In this document: piece after piece, positions 5,359-10,236 of the stretch
Layout: each line of letters starts with the position of its first letter
Numbering within the stretch: the first letter of the stretch is position 1
Source of the DNA: a virus
Lineage: Duplodnaviria > Heunggongvirae > Uroviricota > Caudoviricetes
DNA length: 10,236 bases
Virus record (IMG/VR): IMGVR_UViG_3300024518_005076
Strand: one strand, 5' to 3'
Position numbers and translations under genes: made by a program
The notes under the pieces: model-generated
Databases searched by the model: none
Seen by the model: the letters and a program-made list of their open reading frames with translations, nothing else
Told to the model about the DNA's origin: nothing

Positions 5359-5973
5359 TTTAGCCCGATGAGAGGCTTGTAACCGATAGGATGCTTTGAG
5401 TATTCATTGAGCCGAAATGACCTGTGAGTCCGAACAACCGCCTTTGAGTACGGGACCGCAGCAGTTCCAGAATCGATCTGAGATCGAACACGCTGCCTGA
5501 GCATTCAGCCGATCGCTCGAATGATACCGAAAGGAAGCATTTAATCTGGGCGTGTCTAGATCCTTAAGTCGCCAAAGATGGCGAAATGGGACCGCAGAAG
5601 TTCCACAAATCGTCAAGATTGACGAATACTCTGCTTGAGCATTGAGTCGACAGCAGGTCCCCAAGATGGGACAGACCTGGCCGTGCAGGGATGCGAGGTT
5701 TGAGAATCCGCAGGACGCACACGGCGGAGGCATTAAGTTCACTTAATCCGAATGCATACACCACTGCATCACGGACGTGGGTAGGACTCCTTGCGGGGAG
5801 CGGTAGGATACCACGTTAAAAACACGGAGGGTGACTAAGTGATGCCCGGCTCCGCGAGCGGTGGTCAGGTTGCCCATACATTCACCTGTATGGGTTCCTT
5901 GCGCTCAACCACTCTCCCTAAGCGGTAGCTGCTCTGAGTCAGTGTAGTGGACTCTGGGGAGTCCGGATGACAC
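5359..5973 (+). ncRNA. Large ornate structured RNA candidate (~615 nt; GOLLD/ROOL-like in size and context)
   Basis: No credible + strand gene in an otherwise gene-packed genome. Many nested helices (e.g. GCCGTG/CACGGC, ACGTGG/CCACGT, CCCATACA/TGTATGGG, GGACTC/GAGTCC), a predicted pseudoknot and a duplicated module with compensatory changes. Boundaries approximate. Confidence 0.7.
5452..5650 (+). repeat. Two diverged copies of a ~62-nt structured module (5452-5512 and 5588-5650)
   Basis: GGGACC-GCAGC-AGT...TCGATC/GATCGA...AC-GCTGC-CTGAGCATTCAGCCGA versus GGGACC-GCAGA-AGT...TCGTCA/TGACGA...AC-TCTGC-TTGAGCATTGAGTCGA. Confidence 0.8.
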
Positions 5974-6000
5974 AGTTATGAGCCTGGAGAGAGAAATCTG

Positions 6001-6234
6001 ATGACGCAGGACAGTGATCTGACAGGTGACGATCTGCTTGATCGGATAAGAGAATTGGAACTTGAAGGCCCAGGGCAGGGATGGAGGCACCTTCTGTCGG
6101 CCTGTCGTGCGGAAATTGCCCAGCTCAGAGAGGCTCTTGCTGAATCGATCGAGGAATCTGATGCATGGGAGCGCAAAGCCAAGTCCATGGCGACTGAATG
6201 GGAAAACACAGATTTCATGAGGCCAGATCAATAA
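6001..6234 (+). CDS. Hypothetical coiled-coil protein
   Basis: SD GGAGAG upstream; heptad-like 'EIAQLREALAESIEE'. Confidence 0.7.
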   Translation: MTQDSDLTGDDLLDRIRELELEGPGQGWRHLLSACRAEIAQLREALAESIEESDAWERKAKSMATEWENTDFMRPDQ

Positions 6235-6262
6235 TCGTCCTTGCCGGACCTTTCTCAGAGGT

Positions 6263-6607
6263 GTGGCGGACGATTATGGGAGTACGATTAACATGAATGT
6301 ATGGGATGACGCAGATACACAGCTGATGGTTACGGCTGCACACCGGTACTGCCTGCATCGAAAAACCTACATAACCCACGCTGGACATAAATGGCTGGAG
6401 GAGAATCGAGCCAACTTCAATCGGCAGACCATCTTTATGATTGTAAGAGATACGATCCGGGCAATCATGGGTGGGAATGCCGGGTCAGAAACAATCGACG
6501 CTCCAGGCTGGCGGAGACTTGCTCTGCTTCTGTTTTCTGAGATGCGAGAGGACGACCGGGCCAGTATCCGGGAACAGTTTCCTGATTTTGAGGGGATTGC
6601 AGAATGA
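6263..6607 (+). CDS. Conserved phage hypothetical protein (AxRYCLxRxTY motif)
   Basis: SD GAGG, GTG start; 'AAHRYCLHRKTYIT...WL...IVRDT...G...D...W' pattern common in phage proteins. Confidence 0.7.
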   Translation: MADDYGSTINMNVWDDADTQLMVTAAHRYCLHRKTYITHAGHKWLEENRANFNRQTIFMIVRDTIRAIMGGNAGSETIDAPGWRRLALLLFSEMREDDRASIREQFPDFEGIAE

Positions 6608-7107
6608 AAGTGGTCAGTAATCTGTCTGGACTGGAACTTGATACGATTGTTGAGCTGGAAGTCTTCGGAGACGATCTGTCCTGTGCGTTTGACGAGAGAA
6701 GGATTCCTCAGGCTTGCGACCTCTTTGTGCCGAAATACCAGGATGGCCCTCGGAACCTTGTGATCGACGGCACGAGATATCCTCCAGAGGACTGGGTGAG
6801 GCTCTGTGGGGGTCCAGGGTACGATTTCTGGCATTACCGGGAAGGGAAGCCATGGCAGAAGGATCTTGAGGCTGTGATTGAGGCCTACCGTACAGACCCT
6901 CGGGCTTTTCATAGAGACTTGAATTTGTGCTTCCGGCACTTAGTTCCAAATATTCCCAACTTCAGACTCAGCAGGCATACAGATTGTTGGAAAGCGTGCT
7001 GGATATCCGAAAGAGACTCCCCAGACTCTCGGTTCGGGGTAACTCCCGAAGAAGCCATCTGTCGTGCCGCCATAGTAGCCAAAGGGGAAGTATGTACTAC
7101 ACCCTAG
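6604..7107 (+). CDS. Phage ABA sandwich domain-like protein
   Basis: N-terminal 'LSGLELDTIVELEVFG' and C-terminal 'WKACW...GVTPEEAICRAAIVA' fit the phage ABA-sandwich pattern; ends in TAG. Confidence 0.55.
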   Translation: MKVVSNLSGLELDTIVELEVFGDDLSCAFDERRIPQACDLFVPKYQDGPRNLVIDGTRYPPEDWVRLCGGPGYDFWHYREGKPWQKDLEAVIEAYRTDPRAFHRDLNLCFRHLVPNIPNFRLSRHTDCWKACWISERDSPDSRFGVTPEEAICRAAIVAKGEVCTTP

Positions 7108-7319
7108 ATCAGTTCATCGAGCGGCTGGCCTCACTACGCAGTGAAATCGAGGGTGGTGGTGAATCTCCTGTATGTGTTCTGGATACCGACAGGATTGCTG
7201 GCGGATCATGGTATCCTGCCTCGGTCGAAGTCCAGAACGCCGCCCAAGAGACCGCAGATATCTGGGATCTTCCAGTCCATGGAGAGGATGGGGCTGCTCA
7301 GATTATCTCGATCTTCTAG
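7092..7319 (+). CDS. Hypothetical protein (75 aa)
   Basis: SD AAGGGG then ATG 7092 (MYYTLDQFIERLASLRSEIEGGGESPVCV...); ends TAG-AAT-TGA. Confidence 0.65.
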   Translation: MYYTLDQFIERLASLRSEIEGGGESPVCVLDTDRIAGGSWYPASVEVQNAAQETADIWDLPVHGEDGAAQIISIF

Positions 7320-7329
7320 AATTGACTCT

Positions 7330-7917
7330 ATGAGTAAAAGGCATCGCCACAAGAAGCAGAAGCCGAAAAAACCCATCGACTATCTCTCAACACTGGATGA
7401 TCACATCCACATTTGGTGCGATGGAGCGTGCCACCCGAATCCGAACGGGGATGGCGGCTGGGCTTTCTGCTATCAGACTGTCGCCAAAACAGTCAAGTTC
7501 TCGTCCGGAGGCGTCCCGCAGACGACGAACAACAGGATGGAGATCATGGCCATCCTGATGGCTCTTAAGCACTTCACAGAGCCAGCCAGGCTGCTTGTTC
7601 TGAGCGACAGTCGATATGCCGTGAACGGAGCCAGCAGCTGGGCTCGTGCATGGAGCAAGAACGACTGGAGGACTCGTGGGAAAGGAAGGCCGGAAGCCAA
7701 GAACAGGGATCTGTGGGAACAAGTGCTAAAAGCCAAAGATTTTCACATTGATACCAGATTTCAGTGGGTTAAAGGGCATTCTGGCATAGAATTGAACGAG
7801 TTCTGTGACTCTTTGGCTCAAGATGAGAGGGTCGCCCTGTTGCGGGAGCGGTCTAATGAAAAGAGAAGAGAAATCCAGGATGGTCTTTTGTCCTGTGTGG
7901 AAACTAATGAATGCTAA
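7330..7917 (+). CDS. rnhA: Ribonuclease HI
   Basis: Complete RNase HI motif set: WCDGAC, GGW, TTNNRMEI, SDSRY, KNRDLW, WVKGHSG, NEFCDSLA. The start at ATG 7330 is my choice; the track start at 7141 overlaps the upstream gene. Confidence 0.93.
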   Translation: MSKRHRHKKQKPKKPIDYLSTLDDHIHIWCDGACHPNPNGDGGWAFCYQTVAKTVKFSSGGVPQTTNNRMEIMAILMALKHFTEPARLLVLSDSRYAVNGASSWARAWSKNDWRTRGKGRPEAKNRDLWEQVLKAKDFHIDTRFQWVKGHSGIELNEFCDSLAQDERVALLRERSNEKRREIQDGLLSCVETNEC

Positions 7918-8137
7918 GGATGCCGCTGTTTCCGGAGACACAAAAAGCTGCCTCTGGTGGATTAACGAAGCCATGCAGGACGACCTGTCGGGAATTACTC
8001 AACATCCAATGGTTCAGGCTGGGCTGGGCAACAGAAATCTGACGCCAACAAATTCAATTCATTGTCAGCTGTTTGAGCTGGGTGAATCCATGCTCGACTC
8101 TCTAATAGGGGAATATGATGCTCCCGACGACATGTAA
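7907..8137 (+). CDS. Hypothetical protein
   Basis: ATG 7907 overlapping the RNase H stop region (MNAKDAAVSG...); start uncertain. Confidence 0.55.
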   Translation: MNAKDAAVSGDTKSCLWWINEAMQDDLSGITQHPMVQAGLGNRNLTPTNSIHCQLFELGESMLDSLIGEYDAPDDM

Positions 8138-8336
8138 TCTGATCATTATGGCTCTGCGGGGCCAAGGGTCATGCACTGTTGATCAACTGTACCGTCTGAC
8201 TCGACGGGGGAAAACGACCATCAAGGAAGAACTGAAACATCTTGATCTGGGCGAGGAGATTCAGGTTGTGGATGGAATCGAAACCAAGAGTTACTTTCTG
8301 AAGCCGTATGGCCTGGTTGGGGCAAGCAATGAATGA
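8115..8336 (+). CDS. Winged helix-turn-helix DNA-binding protein
   Basis: 'IIMALRGQGSCTVDQLYRLTRRGKTTIKEELKHL...EEI...SYFL' has wHTH helix and wing spacing. Confidence 0.6.
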   Translation: MMLPTTCNLIIMALRGQGSCTVDQLYRLTRRGKTTIKEELKHLDLGEEIQVVDGIETKSYFLKPYGLVGASNE

Positions 8337-8418
8337 AGACCTGAAGCGAAGCCAGTATCTCGGGTTAAGCGACCTTAATACAGACAACGCCCAAAATCAC
8401 GGGGTTGCGGCCCGCTGA
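8329..8418 (+). CDS. 29-aa ORF running into the first attC site (possibly truncated by cassette insertion)
   Basis: ATG 8329 overlapping the wHTH stop; MNEDLKRSQYLGLSDLNTDNAQNHGVAAR*; the last ~10 codons are attC sequence. Confidence 0.35.
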   Translation: MNEDLKRSQYLGLSDLNTDNAQNHGVAAR

Positions 8419-8473
8419 TTTCCTATTCTGTGACGGGGCACAACCGCAACTCCCGTGCATTTTATTGTTCGTC
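8382..8473 (-). repeat. attC site 0
   Basis: AGACAAC-gcccaa-AATCACGGGGTTGCGG...CCGCAAC-T-CCCGTG-C-ATT-ttatt-GTTCGTC; extrahelical T8451 and C8458. Confidence 0.85.
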
Positions 8474-8511
8474 GCCTTTGCCAATACGGCTGATGATGAG
8501 GAGTGGGTACG

Positions 8512-8724
8512 ATGACCGGGAGACTGCTACTGATTCACGTACTGAGCCTGGTGGCTGGAATGCTACTGTTGGCAGCATGGGCGGAAATGAGCGGGCCGAG
8601 TACTTTGCAATGGCTGGTGCTGTTCGCGATGTTTGAACTGCCAATGTTGGCTCTGTTCATAATATCCGGGTGGGACGTGGCAACGCATAGCGAGTCAGAG
8701 TCGTCCGCAGACTCGCCAGATTGA
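8512..8724 (+). CDS. Small membrane protein, two predicted TM helices (cassette 1)
   Basis: SD GAGGAG then ATG 8512; hydrophobic segments 'LLLIHVLSLVAGMLLLAAW' and 'WLVLFAMFELPMLALFIISGW'; acidic tail. Confidence 0.7.
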   Translation: MTGRLLLIHVLSLVAGMLLLAAWAEMSGPSTLQWLVLFAMFELPMLALFIISGWDVATHSESESSADSPD

Positions 8725-8728
8725 GAGC

Positions 8729-8820
8729 GACGAACGACCTGAGCTAACCCGGCGGCCGGGGTTGGCGTTCCTACTTCAAGCGGCGTGGCCGGCCGCTCGG
8801 TGTTGAGCGATTTGTTATGC
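8729..8820 (-). repeat. attC site 1
   Basis: GACGAAC-gacctga-GCTAACCCGGCGGCCGG...CCGGCCGC-T-CGG-T-GTT-G-AGC-gattt-GTTATGC. Confidence 0.8.
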
Positions 8821-9113
8821 CTTCTCCAACTCTGCTGTGGATGTCGATAACGCTATGGGACAAATCAGAGGTTGAGTTTGTAAAGCTAGTCACATTGCCA
8901 TCGCCGTTAGTTCCCGGCGTGGCTGTGTCTATCTTTCCAGGCCTTGACCCGGATGTGCCGCACTGGCTGTTTTGGTCATACGGTGCAAATCCTGTTCTTG
9001 TAGCGAATTTCCGAGAAACAGCGGATGACCAAGACCAACTTGAATGGATGACTGAGGGGTGGGTGCAGATTGAACACTTCCGAAAAGCGTACGAGTGGAG
9101 CCTTGAGGCATAA
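8817..9113 (+). CDS. Hypothetical protein (cassette 2)
   Basis: ATG lies inside the GTTATGC box and the TAA stop inside the GCATAAC box of the next attC; no clear SD, so the start may be ATG 8841. Confidence 0.6.
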   Translation: MPSPTLLWMSITLWDKSEVEFVKLVTLPSPLVPGVAVSIFPGLDPDVPHWLFWSYGANPVLVANFRETADDQDQLEWMTEGWVQIEHFRKAYEWSLEA

Positions 9114-9198
9114 CGACCCGCATCACCGGGCCGTGGAGAACGATTATGAATTCAGAGAAGACGACGACCACGGCTCCGTGTGCATGTGATTGTTATGC
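9108..9198 (-). repeat. attC site 2 (contains SD and ATG of the next gene)
   Basis: GCATAAC-gacccg-CATCACCGGGCCGTGG...CCACGGC-T-CCG-T-GTG-C-ATG-tgatt-GTTATGC. Confidence 0.85.
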
Positions 9199-9439
9199 CG
9201 ATTGCCGCAAGTGTGCTGGTGCTGGTTGGTTGTGGTGTGACGAATTGGACAATCGGGCAGGGCATGATCCGACTGCGTTAGTGGTGGATGACACGCGGTA
9301 TCCGTGTGATGCTTGCGAACGATGCGACATTTGTGGGCGACGAAGCCAGACGACAGAGTTGATACCGGACGGCACGCCAAGCGGTGAATCAGATTTCATG
9401 TGTGCCCACTGCCGTGGCGAGTGTGACTGTTCGGCATAA
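9146..9439 (+). CDS. Cys-rich putative zinc-binding protein (cassette 3)
   Basis: SD GGAG 9135-9138, ATG 9146; CxxC pairs CRKC, CDAC, CDIC, CAHC; TAA in the next attC box. Confidence 0.7.
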   Translation: MNSEKTTTTAPCACDCYADCRKCAGAGWLWCDELDNRAGHDPTALVVDDTRYPCDACERCDICGRRSQTTELIPDGTPSGESDFMCAHCRGECDCSA

Positions 9440-9523
9440 CGACCATAATCACCGGGCCGCGAGTGCGGATCTCCTACCTCAATCCGCTGGGCTTCGCGGC
9501 TCCGGTGGATTTACAAGTTAGTT
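9434..9523 (-). repeat. attC site 3
   Basis: GCATAAC-gaccat-AATCACCGGGCCGCGA...TCGCGGC-T-CCGGTG-G-ATT-tacaa-GTTAGTT; inner GCGGAT/ATCCGC hairpin. Confidence 0.85.
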
Positions 9524-9532
9524 GCCTTTGCC

Positions 9533-9790
9533 ATGACGCAAACGAGCCCGCCCGCATCAACTGACGAGGACTATGGGCCGTCGCTGAGACTGATCGAGAG
9601 TGGGTGTGACGTATTGGTCACGCCCGATTGGTGTGCGTTACTCAGCCGTGCCGCGTCAGGGCGTTGTGTACGTTGGTGGCAGCAATCGATCTCCCGGACG
9701 GTGTTCGAGCGATTGCGGGACGAGCAACGAATCTCTGAAAGGCGCAGGATCGGTACTGTCACAGTTTGGACGGCATCCACTAGCAAATAA
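9533..9790 (+). CDS. Hypothetical protein (cassette 4)
   Basis: 85 aa filling the cassette; TAA in the next attC box; no SD seen. Confidence 0.5.
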   Translation: MTQTSPPASTDEDYGPSLRLIESGCDVLVTPDWCALLSRAASGRCVRWWQQSISRTVFERLRDEQRISERRRIGTVTVWTASTSK

Positions 9791-9875
9791 CGACCGTATT
9801 CACGGGGCGGCGGCTAGACGCTCCCGAATTCAGGACACGGGCAGCCCGCCGCTCCCGTGCAATACATGGTTCGTA
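9785..9875 (-). repeat. attC site 4
   Basis: AAATAAC-gaccgt-ATTCACGGGGCGGCGG...CCGCCGC-T-CCCGTG-C-AAT-acatg-GTTCGTA. Confidence 0.85.
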
Positions 9876-9897
9876 GTGCATACGGGGAGAGGTGGAT

Positions 9898-10104
9898 ATG
9901 GCCAGTCGGTTTGAGGTACAAATCCGCATTGGAGACCATTGGGAGCCGATTAAAATGTGCGACAAGCTGCAATACGCACGAGACGCATTTAAGTTGTGCG
10001 TGACGGAGGACGCTACCGCCCGCGTGGTGGAAGTTATGAACCAGCATGACTCGTCGTTTCGTGATAGCCCACCAGTCCACGCCACAGCGGATCGAACGAC
10101 ATAA
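9898..10104 (+). CDS. Hypothetical protein (cassette 5)
   Basis: SD GGAGAGG then ATG 9898 (MASRFEVQIRIGDHWEPI...); stop 4 nt before the next attC box. Confidence 0.65.
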   Translation: MASRFEVQIRIGDHWEPIKMCDKLQYARDAFKLCVTEDATARVVEVMNQHDSSFRDSPPVHATADRTT

Positions 10105-10107
10105 CAC

Positions 10108-10198
10108 GACGAACGACCGCCATAACCGGGCGGCCGAGGGAGACTTGGAATGACAGAGCAGACGGCGACGGCCGCTCCGGTTGATGGCATGGTTATGC
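10108..10198 (-). repeat. attC site 5 (contains SD and ATG of the next gene)
   Basis: GACGAAC-gaccgc-CATAACCGGGCGGCCG...CGGCCGC-T-CCGGTT-G-ATG-gcatg-GTTATGC. Confidence 0.85.
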
Positions 10199-10236
10199 CG
10201 CATTTACCGACAGAGCGTTCGAAGTTCTTTCAAAGC
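10150..10236 (+). CDS. Hypothetical protein, 3' partial (cassette 6)
   Basis: SD GGGAG 10138-10142, ATG 10150 in the attC loop; open to the window end (MTEQTATAAPVDGMVMPHLPTERSKFFQS...). Confidence 0.6.
   Translation, partial: MTEQTATAAPVDGMVMPHLPTERSKFFQS

Larger units (their letters stand above)
8382..10236 (-). mobile_element. Integron-type gene cassette array (six attC sites, no integrase in window; CALIN-like), attC orientation on the minus strand
   Basis: Six 90-92-nt imperfect inverted repeats with AAC/GTT core boxes, separated by single genes. Predicted cassettes on + coordinates: 8388-8734, 8735-9113, 9114-9439, 9440-9790, 9791-10113, 10114->end. Confidence 0.88.

Noticed and set aside
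5002-5764. ORFs 5002-5382, 5031-5273 (+) and 5038-5358, 5404-5742, 5564-5764 (-)
   Set aside because: They cross a terminator, a T arm and compensatory RNA helices, have no SD and show no protein-like motifs.
7141-7329. N-terminal extension of RNase H from GTG 7141
   Set aside because: It overlaps the SD-supported 7092-7319 gene in another frame, and the peptide is not RNase H-like.
7330-8473. Functional link between RNase HI or SSB and cassette creation or recombination
   Set aside because: Proximity only. Both are ordinary phage replication genes, and no reverse transcriptase or integrase is visible in the window.
8462-9786. Minus-strand ORFs 8462-8644, 9193-9399 and 9571-9786 as the true (canonically oriented) cassette genes
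   Set aside because: They are Ser/Arg/Pro-rich shadows without SDs, and two of their stops arise from the attC sequence itself. The + strand ORFs have SDs, TM or CxxC patterns and fill the cassettes. Cassette 4 remains the least certain.
8382-10198. CRISPR array or simple terminators for the recurring AACGACC...CACCGGGCCG repeats
   Set aside because: The repeats are ~91-nt diverged hairpins separated by gene-sized 230-290-nt intervals, with attC box geometry and no U tracts.
1-10236. Genome-wide TAG reassignment (genetic code 15-like)
   Set aside because: Only one gene needs TAG as sense. Gene density is already high under the standard code, and two genes appear to terminate at TAG (7107, 7319).

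Overview
A dense, single-strand (+) block of short genes that looks like a phage or prophage genome (SSB, RNase HI, GT-A glycosyltransferase, SWIM finger, many small hypothetical proteins, frequent 4-bp NTGA stop/start overlaps). No structural genes or integrase are visible, so 'phage' is an inference. Three layers are not captured by the ORF track. (1) A Pth2-type peptidyl-tRNA hydrolase-like gene (2418-2750) has a good SD and ATG but is interrupted by an in-frame TAG at codon 9, and about 900 bp downstream lies a CUA-anticodon (amber suppressor) tRNA gene (3629-3698). (2) An RNA-rich zone (3.6-6.0 kb) holds three further aberrant tRNA-like genes, a 6S-like rod and a ~615-nt ornate ncRNA candidate with an internal duplicated module. 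(3) From 8382 to the window end there is an array of six 90-92-nt integron attC sites whose geometry places them on the minus strand. Every cassette gene is therefore inverted relative to canonical integron cassettes, and two genes start inside the attC hairpin itself. All structures were folded by eye and no database searches were run.
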